This document shows positions 39,609 to 47,828 of a DNA stretch of 64,000 nt, one piece after another. The notes under the pieces are model-generated. The model was given only the letters and a program-made list of their open reading frames with translations. It searched no databases and had not been told where the DNA came from. Numbering within the stretch: position 1 is the first letter of the stretch; every line of letters starts with the position of its first letter. The stretch is taken from positions 588,805-652,804 of the forward strand of contig CAVYZR010000006.1 of assembly GCA_963773005.1 (NCBI GenBank). Direction: 5' to 3'. This stretch comes from an uncultured Acidobacteriota bacterium. GTDB lineage: Bacteria; Acidobacteriota; Vicinamibacteria; Vicinamibacterales; 2-12-FULL-66-21. The position numbers and the translations under genes are program-made.

Positions 39609-40476
39609 CATCACATTCTCGTATCGACAGCAGGCGCGGCCGGTGCTGCGCGGCGCCTCGCTGGACGTGCCAGCCGATGGCGTTGTTGGAATCCTCGGGC
39701 CGAACGGCTCGGGAAAAACCACGCTCCTGCGAGTGCTGGCGGGCACGCTTCGGCCCTCGAGCGGACGCGTGACGCTCGACGGCGTCGATCTCGCTCGATT
39801 GTCGCGTTCGATGATGGCGCGGCGAATGGCCGTCGTGCCGCAGGAAACGCACCTCGCGTTCGACTTCACGGTGCTCGAGGTGGTCCTGATGGGGCGCTAC
39901 CCCCACCTCGGGACGTTCGAAGTCGAGGGCCCGCGCGACCTCGCTCTCGCGCGCCGGGCCCTCGAGGCCACCGGCACCGGGGCGTTCGAGAATCGACTCT
40001 TTGCCACGCTGAGCGGCGGCGAGAAGCAGCGCGTCATCATCGCCGCCGCGCTGGCGCAGATTTCGAGCGAAAACCGGGGTCAGGCCGTGAATCGTGAATT
40101 CGCTGAATCCGGCCGAAAAGCCATGATTCATGATTCACGGCCTGACCCCGGTATTTTGCTGCTCGACGAGCCGACGGCGGCGCTCGATCTCGCCTACCAA
40201 CTCGAAGTCGCCTCGCTCCTTCGCGATCTCCAGCGACGCGCGCCCATCGCCATCGTCATCTCGACGCACGACCTCAACTTCGCCGCGGGGCTCTGCAAAA
40301 CGCTCGTGTTGCTCAAAGATGGGCGGATCCTGGCTTCAGGCGCGACCGGCGACGTCCTGACCGTCGGGAATATCCGGGCGCTCTACGGCATCGAGGCGGA
40401 TGTCCAGTCGCATGCGGGCGCCGGCCATCTCGTGGTCGTACCGGTCGGCCGGAGCGCGCGTGGGACGGCCTCGTGA
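39592..40476 (+). CDS. ABC transporter ATP-binding protein (FecE/BtuD family) with internal 28-aa insertion
   Basis: Walker A GPNGSGKTT, signature LSGGEKQR, Walker B ILLLDEP. ISSENRGQAVNREFAESGRKAMIHDSRP is inserted between the signature and Walker B motifs. Confidence 0.85.
   Translation: MLRAADITFSYRQQARPVLRGASLDVPADGVVGILGPNGSGKTTLLRVLAGTLRPSSGRVTLDGVDLARLSRSMMARRMAVVPQETHLAFDFTVLEVVLMGRYPHLGTFEVEGPRDLALARRALEATGTGAFENRLFATLSGGEKQRVIIAAALAQISSENRGQAVNREFAESGRKAMIHDSRPDPGILLLDEPTAALDLAYQLEVASLLRDLQRRAPIAIVISTHDLNFAAGLCKTLVLLKDGRILASGATGDVLTVGNIRALYGIEADVQSHAGAGHLVVVPVGRSARGTAS
40073..40152. repeat. palindromic element inside the ABC ATPase coding sequence
   Basis: ACCGGGGTCAGGCCGTGAATC (40073-40093) is the exact reverse complement of GATTCACGGCCTGACCCCGGT (40132-40152). 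The arms contain GTGAATC/GATTCAC heptamer words. Confidence 0.85.
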
Positions 40477-41474
40477 CGATCCGCCGGCGAATCGCCGTGA
40501 CGACAACCGGCTTCGGCCTGGTGGCGGTGGCGGCGGTCACGCTGGCGCCACTCGTCGGGTCGACCGCGATCAATCTGCGGCGCGCGTTCGACTGGTCGGT
40601 GCCATTTGCCGACAACGTCGACGCGCAGATCTTTTTCGTCGCCCGGTTACCGCGCACGCTCGCGGGCGCACTGGTCGGCGCTGCCCTGGCGGCCGCAGGC
40701 GTCGTCTTTCAAGGGCTTCTCCGCAATCCGCTCGCCACGCCGTTCACACTCGGCGTGTCCTCTGGCGCGGCGCTTGGCGCGATGCTGGCCATTACGTTCA
40801 ACTGGACGCTGGGCGTGGGCGGGATCTCCGCGGTATCGGTCGCCGGCTTCGTTGGGGCCGCATGCGCCGTCACGATTGTCTATGCGCTCGCACGCGCCCA
40901 CCGGCGCGGCCTCTCGACCGACGTCCTGCTGCTCGCCGGCGTGACGCTCAACGCGTTTTTCTCGGCACTGATCCTCTGCGTTCAGTACTTCGCCGATTTT
41001 GCCGACGCCTACCGTACCCTGCGCTGGTTGATGGGAGACCTCGACGTCAGCAGCTATCAGCCAATCGTGACCTCACTTCCGCTCTTGCTCGCTGCCTTCG
41101 CGGTGTTTGCGTGGCTGGCGCGCCCGCTGAACCTGCTCAGCCTCGGCGCTGACAGCGCCGAAACGCGAGGTATCGACGTCACGAGCGCCCAGAGACGCGC
41201 CTTCTTCAGTGCGTCGCTCGCCACCGGCGCGGCCGTTTCGGTCGGCGGACCGGTCGGCTTCATCGGCATCATCGTTCCGCACCTCGTGCGGTTGATCGTC
41301 GGCTCGGATCACCGCCTGGTGCTCCCCGCCTCGGCGCTCTTTGGCGCGGCGTTTCTCGTCGGCTGCGACGTCCTCGCCCGGACGCTGATCGCGCCGGTCG
41401 AGATCCCAGTTGGCGTGATCACGGCGCTCATCGGGGGGCCGTTCTTTCTCTGGTTGCTGGTGAGGAAAGCGTAG
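40473..41474 (+). CDS. FecCD-family ABC permease (BtuC-like)
   Basis: Multi-TM protein with RLPRTLAGALVGAALAAAG and GPVGFIGIIVPHLVRL, typical of the family. The start overlaps the upstream stop. Confidence 0.9.
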   Translation: MTIRRRIAVTTTGFGLVAVAAVTLAPLVGSTAINLRRAFDWSVPFADNVDAQIFFVARLPRTLAGALVGAALAAAGVVFQGLLRNPLATPFTLGVSSGAALGAMLAITFNWTLGVGGISAVSVAGFVGAACAVTIVYALARAHRRGLSTDVLLLAGVTLNAFFSALILCVQYFADFADAYRTLRWLMGDLDVSSYQPIVTSLPLLLAAFAVFAWLARPLNLLSLGADSAETRGIDVTSAQRRAFFSASLATGAAVSVGGPVGFIGIIVPHLVRLIVGSDHRLVLPASALFGAAFLVGCDVLARTLIAPVEIPVGVITALIGGPFFLWLLVRKA

Positions 41475-42475
41475 TGATCATAATCAAGGCCGCTCGCACT
41501 CAAAAGCCTTCACCGCCGAGAACGCCGAGAACGCCGAGCCAAATTGGTTTTCTCTGCGCGCTCCGCGTTATCTGCGGTGAGAAGCTTTTGGACACCTTCG
41601 TCATCGTAGCCATCGTGTCATCGTGCCTCATCGTGTCAACGCCGTGGGCACGTGGCGGAGTGACGACACACGCCGCCGCGCAGCCCGCCCCAACTCGCAT
41701 CATCTCGCTCATCCCGGCGGTCAGCGAGATGCTCTTCGCGATCGGCGCAGGCCCTCGAGTCGTCGCCGTCAGCAGCTTTGACGACTATCCGCCAGACGTG
41801 CTCACGCTTCCGCGTGTTGGCGCGCTCGTCGATCCGGATCTCGAGCGCATCCTGTCGCTTCGACCCGATCTCGTCATCGTCTATGAAAGTCAGATCGACC
41901 TCCGGCGTCAGCTCGACCGCGCGACCATTCCCGCGTTCGTTTACAAGCACGCCGGGCTTGCCGATGTCACCACGACGATCCGGCAACTGGGCGAGCGGGT
42001 CGGACAGCAAGAAGGCGCGGCGGCGGTGATCCGGCTGATCGAAGAGAAACTCCGCGATATCAAGAGGCGCGTCTCCGGGCGACCCAGACCGCGAACGCTG
42101 CTCGTCTTCGGCCGGGATGCGCTCGCCCTCAGAGGCGTCTATGCAAGTGGCGGCACCGGCTTCCTTCACGACATGCTCGACGCGGCCGGTGGCGACAACG
42201 TGTTCGCAGACGTGCCGCAGCAGTCCGTTCAGGCGACCTCGGAGCTCGTCCTCGCGCGCCGGCCTGAGGCCATCCTCGAGTTGCGGGCAGGCGCCATGTC
42301 ACCAGCTGAACAGCGCCAGGAAATCGCGGTATGGCAGGCGCTCCCCTCGGTGCCGGCCGTCCGCGCCGGCCGCATCGCGATCATCACGGATCCTCGCACC
42401 GTCGTCCCTGGACCGCGCGTAGCGGAAGGCACCGAGCTCATCGCGCGCGCGCTGCACCCGGAGGCGTTCAAGTGA
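41474..42475 (+). CDS. periplasmic cobalamin/siderophore-type substrate-binding protein (BtuF-like)
   Basis: RIISLIPAVSEMLFAIGAG...RPDLVIVY... Start uncertain: either GTG 41474 or TTG 41588, the latter giving a cleaner signal peptide (DTFVIVAIVSSCLIV). Confidence 0.8.
   Translation: MIIIKAARTQKPSPPRTPRTPSQIGFLCALRVICGEKLLDTFVIVAIVSSCLIVSTPWARGGVTTHAAAQPAPTRIISLIPAVSEMLFAIGAGPRVVAVSSFDDYPPDVLTLPRVGALVDPDLERILSLRPDLVIVYESQIDLRRQLDRATIPAFVYKHAGLADVTTTIRQLGERVGQQEGAAAVIRLIEEKLRDIKRRVSGRPRPRTLLVFGRDALALRGVYASGGTGFLHDMLDAAGGDNVFADVPQQSVQATSELVLARRPEAILELRAGAMSPAEQRQEIAVWQALPSVPAVRAGRIAIITDPRTVVPGPRVAEGTELIARALHPEAFK
41501..41590. repeat. GCCGAGAAC/TTCTCTGCG nonamer-word palindromic element, copy 2
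   Basis: CAAAAGCCTTCACCGC...(GCCGAGAAC)x2...TTCTCTGCGCGCTCCGCGTTATCTGCGGTGAGAAGCTTTTG. The ends are inverted repeats. Confidence 0.7.
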
Positions 42476-43146
42476 AGGTGCTCGTTTCCTGGAGCAGCGG
42501 AAAAGACAGCGCCTGGATGCTGCACACGCTCCGGATTGAAGGGGCTGGCGCGCCAGCTGGGCTGCTGACGACGATTAACGAAGCCGCCGATCGCGTGGCG
42601 ATGCACGGCGTCAGGACCGAACTGCTGCGGCGACAAGCCGAAGCCGCCGGCCTGCCGCTCGTCGTCGTCAACATCCCGTCTCCGTGCCCGAACGAGGTGT
42701 ACGAGGAACGGATGGCGGCGGCCTGCCGCGCCGCCGTCGCCGACGGCTTCACGCATGTCGCGTTTGGCGACTTGTTTCTCGAGGATGTCCGCCGCTACCG
42801 TGAAGAGCGTTTGATGGGCACCGGTCTCGCGCCGCTCTTTCCGCTCTGGAACCGGCCCACTCCCGCGCTGGCGCGCGAGATGATCGCAGGGGGCCTCGAA
42901 GCGCGCCTCACATGCGTCGACCCTCGCGCGGTCCCGGCCGTGCTGGCCGGACGGGCGTTCGACGCGTCGCTGCTGAGCGAACTGCCAGAGACCGCCGACC
43001 CTTGCGGGGAACGTGGCGAGTTCCACACCTGCGTTACCGGCGGCCCCATGTTCTCGAGGCCTATTCCGACCTCCCCAGGGGTCGTCGTCGAGCGCGACGG
43101 CTTTGTCTTTGCCGACCTCCTGCCGTTACCCCGTGGAACGTCGTAG
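42472..43146 (+). CDS. Dph6-related PP-loop ATP pyrophosphatase (Diphthami_syn_2/DUF71 family)
   Basis: GTG at 42472 overlaps the upstream stop (GTGA). MKVLVSWSSGKDSAWML PP-loop. GFTHVAFGDLFLEDVRRYRE. C-terminal GERGEFHTCVTGGPMFSRPI. Confidence 0.75.
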   Translation: MKVLVSWSSGKDSAWMLHTLRIEGAGAPAGLLTTINEAADRVAMHGVRTELLRRQAEAAGLPLVVVNIPSPCPNEVYEERMAAACRAAVADGFTHVAFGDLFLEDVRRYREERLMGTGLAPLFPLWNRPTPALAREMIAGGLEARLTCVDPRAVPAVLAGRAFDASLLSELPETADPCGERGEFHTCVTGGPMFSRPIPTSPGVVVERDGFVFADLLPLPRGTS

Positions 43147-43196
43147 TGTCCGGCTTCAGCCGGACCAAGACAGGTCCGCCTAAAGGCGGACACTAC
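43143..43196. repeat. twin-hairpin REP-like element / possible terminator
   Basis: GTAGTGTCC closes on GGACACTAC around two stem-loops, GTCCGGCTTCAGCCGGAC and GTCCGCCTAAAGGCGGAC. It starts within the stop codon of the upstream gene. Confidence 0.6.
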
Positions 43197-43297
43197 TTAA
43201 CGAGGTTGACTCGTTCCCGGGCGGATGCTGAGGAAATGAACGTGGTTATGGGATAGCCTTAGTAAGCGATTACCCCTTCAACGACGTCATTGAACTC

Positions 43298-44524
43298 ATG
43301 CAGCGTTCGCTCTCGGCACGGCCAGCCCGGTGCTCGCCATCATCTTCAGCGCGGGACCGCGTCTGGCTCAGCTCGCCGGGGCTGACCGCGTCCGCTGTCC
43401 TCCTTTTCGTGGTCGCCCTGAGCGCAGCGGCGTGCAGCCGACGCGCGACAACCGAGGGCGCGGCGCCAGCGCCAGCGGTCGTCCCCGTCACCGTCGCAAC
43501 GGTCAAGTCACTGGAGCAGCCGGTGACGATCGAAGCCACTGGAAGCTTCGAGGCCGACGAGTCGTCTGACGTCGCCCCGGATTCCTCAGGCCGCGTCGTC
43601 GCGACGCCGGTCGACGTCGGGCAGTTCGTCAAAGAAAAAGCGGTGCTCGTCCGGCTGCAGGGGATCGACGCCGGACTGCGGCTCGACGAAGCGCAGGCAG
43701 CGATCAGCCGCGCTGAAGCCAACCTCAAGCTCGCCGAGTCGCAGGACAAGCTGGCGCAGACGACGGCGCAGCGCTATGCGTCGCTCGTCGGGTCCGGCGA
43801 CGTCTCGAGTACTGTCGCCGACCAGGCAAAAACCGGCGCCGAGACCTCGGTTCAAAATGTCAACACTGCCCGCGCGTCGCTGGCGCAGGCGCGCGCACAG
43901 CTGGCGCTGGCCGAAAAAGCCGTCGAGGATGTCGCGATCGTCGCGCCGTTTTCAGGATTCATCAGCCAGCGTCGGGTGTCGCTCGGTGAGTACGTGCAGC
44001 CGTCGACGGCGGTCGTCACGCTCCTCAAGATCGACCCGCTTCGTCTGCAGCTGAATATTCCCGGCGTCCAGGCCGGGCTCGTCCGAATCGGTCAGTCGGT
44101 CAAGGCATCGGTCGACGCCTTCCCCGGGAAGTCCTTCACCGGCCGAATCACGGCAATCAACCCGGCCATCTCGGCCGAGTCGCGTTCATTCCGGGTCGAG
44201 GCTCGCGTGCCTAACCCCGACGCGCTGCTCAAACCCGGCATGTTCTCGGTCGCCACGATCGACCAGGAGAAGACGATCAAAACGATGCTCGTGCCGGCAC
44301 GCGCGGTGATCGAGGACGCGAACACTAATTCGTTCCGCGTGTTCGTCATCGACAACGATCGCAAGGCGCGGCTGCGGGTCGTCCAGCTCGCCGCGCGCGA
44401 GGTCGGCGAGAGCATTCGGATTGTCTCTGGCGTCCAGGAAGCGGACCGAGTCGCGACCTCCAATCTCGCCCAGCTCTACGATGGCGTCGAGGTCACTGTT
44501 TCGAAAGACGCCTCGGACGATTAG
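43298..44524 (+). CDS. RND efflux periplasmic adaptor (membrane fusion protein)
   Basis: Lipoprotein-like LSAAAC. Coiled-coil region. VEDVAIVAPFSGFISQRRVSLGEYV. Located upstream of the RND pump gene. Confidence 0.85.
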   Translation: MQRSLSARPARCSPSSSARDRVWLSSPGLTASAVLLFVVALSAAACSRRATTEGAAPAPAVVPVTVATVKSLEQPVTIEATGSFEADESSDVAPDSSGRVVATPVDVGQFVKEKAVLVRLQGIDAGLRLDEAQAAISRAEANLKLAESQDKLAQTTAQRYASLVGSGDVSSTVADQAKTGAETSVQNVNTARASLAQARAQLALAEKAVEDVAIVAPFSGFISQRRVSLGEYVQPSTAVVTLLKIDPLRLQLNIPGVQAGLVRIGQSVKASVDAFPGKSFTGRITAINPAISAESRSFRVEARVPNPDALLKPGMFSVATIDQEKTIKTMLVPARAVIEDANTNSFRVFVIDNDRKARLRVVQLAAREVGESIRIVSGVQEADRVATSNLAQLYDGVEVTVSKDASDD

Positions 44525-44597
44525 GGCCACGGATCACGGCCACGGATCACGGCCACGGATCACGGCCACGGATCACACGGATTACACGGATTTGTAT
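44525..44597. repeat. 13-nt tandem repeat (GGCCACGGATCAC)x4 plus ACGGATTACACGGATT
   Basis: A direct tandem array begins immediately after the adaptor gene stop. No inverted partner was seen. Confidence 0.85.
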
Positions 44598-44639
44598 TCT
44601 GCAATGCCTTCTTAGACTTCATCACCTGCCAGGTGCCCC

Positions 44640-47600
44640 ATGCAGAAGCTCGCTGAAATCTGCGTTCACCGTCCCGTCTTCGCGACGATGCTCATCGCCG
44701 CGATCACGGTCGTCGGAGGCGTGTCGTTCTTCACGCTCGGCGTCGATCGCTACCCGCGCGTCGAAACGCCGGTCGTCTCGGTCACGACGACCAATCCCGG
44801 CGCGACGCCGGAGAACATGGAAACCGAGATCACCGATCGCATCGAGGCCGCGGTCAACACCGTCTCCGGCATCGACGAGCTCCGTTCGACCTCGACCGAG
44901 GGCCGCTCGCGCGTCACGATCTCGTTCGATCTGTCCAAGAACGCCGACGTCGCCGCGCAGGAGGTGCGCGCGAAAGTCGATCCGGTCATTCGCGACCTGC
45001 CGGAAACCGCCGATCCCCCGGTCGTGCAGAAGCAGGATCCCGATTCGTTCCCGATCCTGATGTTCTCGGTGTCGGCCCCGATGCCGGTCGTCGAGTTGAC
45101 GACGTTTCTCGAGCAGAACGTGCAGAAGCGGCTCGAGTCAGTCAACGGCGTTGGCGAGGTGCTCCTTTTCGGCGCCCGGCGCCGCGAAATCCAGATCCAG
45201 ATCAACCCGGACCGGCTGAACGCTTACAGCCTGTCAACGACCGATGTAGCGGCGGCGCTGCGCTCGCAGAACCTCGAGCTCCCTGGCGGGCGCCTCGAGC
45301 AGGGCGCGCGCGAGTTGTCGGTGCGCACAGTCGGCCGCCTGCGCAGCCCGGAGGCTTTCAACGACCTCGTCGTCGCGACGCGCGGCAATTCGTCGATTCG
45401 CATTCGTGACATCGGCCAGGTCGTCGACACCGGCGAAGTCCCCACGTCGGTCTCGACCCTCGATGGACGCCCGGCGCTGACCGTCGCCATCCGCAAGCAA
45501 AGCGGCGTCAACACGGTCGCGCTGGCCGACGCAATCAAGGCCCGGATGGCCGAGATTCAGCAGACGCTGCCACCAAACGTCGAGGTCCGCCTGGTTCGCG
45601 ACGACTCGGAGTTCATCAAGGCGTCGCTGGACGCGATCGAAGAGCACCTGGTGCTCGGCGGCATCCTCGCCGCCATCATCGTGCTCATCTTCCTGCGCAA
45701 CTTCCGGACGACGCTCATCGCCGCCGTCGCAATCCCTACCTCGATCATCGGTGCCTTCGCGGTCATCGCCATCCTTGGCTTCACCCTCAATCAGATGACG
45801 ATGCTCGCCCTGACGCTGATGGTCGGTATCGTCATCGACGATGCGATCGTGGTGCTGGAGAACATCTACCGGTTCGTCGAGGAAAAAGGCATGTCGCCGT
45901 TCCGCGCGGCAATCGAAGGAACGCGCGAGATCGGTCTGGCGGTCATGGCGACGACGCTGGCGCTACTGGCGGTGTTCATTCCGGTAGGGTTCCTTGGCGG
46001 GATTGTCGGGCGGTTCATGTCGTCGTTCGGGTTGACCTCGGCGGCCGCGATCGCGATCAGCCTGATTGTGTCGTTCACGCTGACGCCGACGCTGGCCGCG
46101 CGCTGGATCAAGCCGGCCGCGGGCGAGGGCCACGGTCATGACGGCGAAGCCGGCAGCGACGCATCGCGCCGCGGCTTCTACCGCCACGTCGATCGCGTCT
46201 ATACGGCCCTGCTGCAGTGGTCGATGGCGCATCGATGGTTGATCGTCACCACGTCGGTGCTCGTGGTGATGTCGATTGTGCCGCTCTACCGCGCATCGGG
46301 AATCAACTTCACGCCGGTCGAAGACGAGTCGCGCTTCCAGATCTCGGTGCGGCTGCCCGTCGGGTCGAGCATCGCGGCTACGCAGTCGCTGGTCGATCGC
46401 ATCGGGCGCGACATGCTCCAGAACCTGCCCGGCGTCCTGGCCGTCCAAGCCAATGCCGGCCTGACCGGCGGCGGCCAGGGCAGTAACAATTCCGGCAGCA
46501 TCTTCGTCCGCCTGAAACCAATCAAGGAGCGTAACGTCTCGCAGCAGGCCCTGATGCTCGAGGCTCGACGGCTGGTGCAGCCGTACAGAAAGAGCGCCGT
46601 CATTTCGGTGCAGGCTACCGGCGGCCTGACTTTTGTCGGAGGGCGCGGCGCCCAGATTCAATACGCGCTCGTCGGGCCGGATCTCGCGAAGCTCGATCAA
46701 TACACGGCCCGCGGAACGGAGGCGATGGATAAGAGCCCGCTTCTCGTCGACGCCGATCGCACGTTCCAACCTGGACTCCCGGAGCTCAGGCTCGAGATCG
46801 ACCGCCGGCGGGCCGCGGATCTCGGTGTGCGCATCCAGGACGTGTCGCAGACCGTCAATGCCTTGATCGCCGGTCAGGAAGTCACGACCTTCAATGCCGC
46901 GAGCGACCAGTACGAGGTCGTCATCAAGGCCCAGGATTCGTTCCGGCGCACGTCCGAATCGATCGCGTCGGCGACAGTGCGGACGGCGTCGGGCGAGCTC
47001 GTCCAGCTACGCAACCTGGTGTCGTTCAACGAGGGATCGGGCCCCGCGCAGATCGATCGGCTCAATCGGCAGCGGCAGATCACGATCTCGGCCAATCCGG
47101 CCGCTGGGATCTCACAGGCCGAGGGACAGGCGGCGCTCGAAACCGCATTCGCCTCACTCGACATGGAACCGGGCTACAACCTCGTCACCAGCGGCCAATC
47201 GCGCGAGCTTGGCCGGGCGGCGTACTACTTCGCCATCGCCTTCGCGCTGTCGTTTGTCTTCATGTACATGGTACTCGCGGCGCAGTTCGAATCGTTCATC
47301 CACCCGATCACGATCCTGCTGACGTTGCCGCTGGCAGTGCCGTTCGGGCTTGGCGCCTCGCTCGCGTTCGGTCAGCAGCTCAACATCTATTCCGCGCTGG
47401 GCGTCCTGCTCCTCTTCGGTATCGTGAAGAAAAACGCCATCCTCCAGATCGACCACACGATTGGCCTGCGCGCGAGGGGGATCGCGCGGGATGAGGCGAT
47501 CATCCGCGCGAATCGCGACCGCCTGCGACCCATCCTGATGACGACGCTGGCCCTGGTCGCGGGGATGTTGCCGTTGTGCCTCGGCTCCGGACCCGGCGCG

Positions 47601-47828
47601 GAAACGAATCGCTCGATCGGCATTCTGGTCGCGGGCGGCCAGTCGTTCTGCCTGCTGCTGACGCTGCTGGCGGTGCCGGTTTTCTACTCGCTCTTCGACG
47701 ACGCAGCGCAGTCGCCGGCGTGGGCGCGGTTCGGCCGCCGCTGGGAGCGGATCACCGCGCCGGGCCGACGGGCAGTCGGCCGTCTCACGGGCCGCCGACT
47801 CGCGCCGGGCCAGGGTGTCGATCGATGA
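44640..47828 (+). CDS. RND efflux transporter permease (AcrB/HAE1-like)
   Basis: 1062 aa, 12-TM architecture. FFTLGVDRYPRVETPVVSV... and IVIDDAIVVLENI motifs. Confidence 0.95.
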   Translation: MQKLAEICVHRPVFATMLIAAITVVGGVSFFTLGVDRYPRVETPVVSVTTTNPGATPENMETEITDRIEAAVNTVSGIDELRSTSTEGRSRVTISFDLSKNADVAAQEVRAKVDPVIRDLPETADPPVVQKQDPDSFPILMFSVSAPMPVVELTTFLEQNVQKRLESVNGVGEVLLFGARRREIQIQINPDRLNAYSLSTTDVAAALRSQNLELPGGRLEQGARELSVRTVGRLRSPEAFNDLVVATRGNSSIRIRDIGQVVDTGEVPTSVSTLDGRPALTVAIRKQSGVNTVALADAIKARMAEIQQTLPPNVEVRLVRDDSEFIKASLDAIEEHLVLGGILAAIIVLIFLRNFRTTLIAAVAIPTSIIGAFAVIAILGFTLNQMTMLALTLMVGIVIDDAIVVLENIYRFVEEKGMSPFRAAIEGTREIGLAVMATTLALLAVFIPVGFLGGIVGRFMSSFGLTSAAAIAISLIVSFTLTPTLAARWIKPAAGEGHGHDGEAGSDASRRGFYRHVDRVYTALLQWSMAHRWLIVTTSVLVVMSIVPLYRASGINFTPVEDESRFQISVRLPVGSSIAATQSLVDRIGRDMLQNLPGVLAVQANAGLTGGGQGSNNSGSIFVRLKPIKERNVSQQALMLEARRLVQPYRKSAVISVQATGGLTFVGGRGAQIQYALVGPDLAKLDQYTARGTEAMDKSPLLVDADRTFQPGLPELRLEIDRRRAADLGVRIQDVSQTVNALIAGQEVTTFNAASDQYEVVIKAQDSFRRTSESIASATVRTASGELVQLRNLVSFNEGSGPAQIDRLNRQRQITISANPAAGISQAEGQAALETAFASLDMEPGYNLVTSGQSRELGRAAYYFAIAFALSFVFMYMVLAAQFESFIHPITILLTLPLAVPFGLGASLAFGQQLNIYSALGVLLLFGIVKKNAILQIDHTIGLRARGIARDEAIIRANRDRLRPILMTTLALVAGMLPLCLGSGPGAETNRSIGILVAGGQSFCLLLTLLAVPVFYSLFDDAAQSPAWARFGRRWERITAPGRRAVGRLTGRRLAPGQGVDR

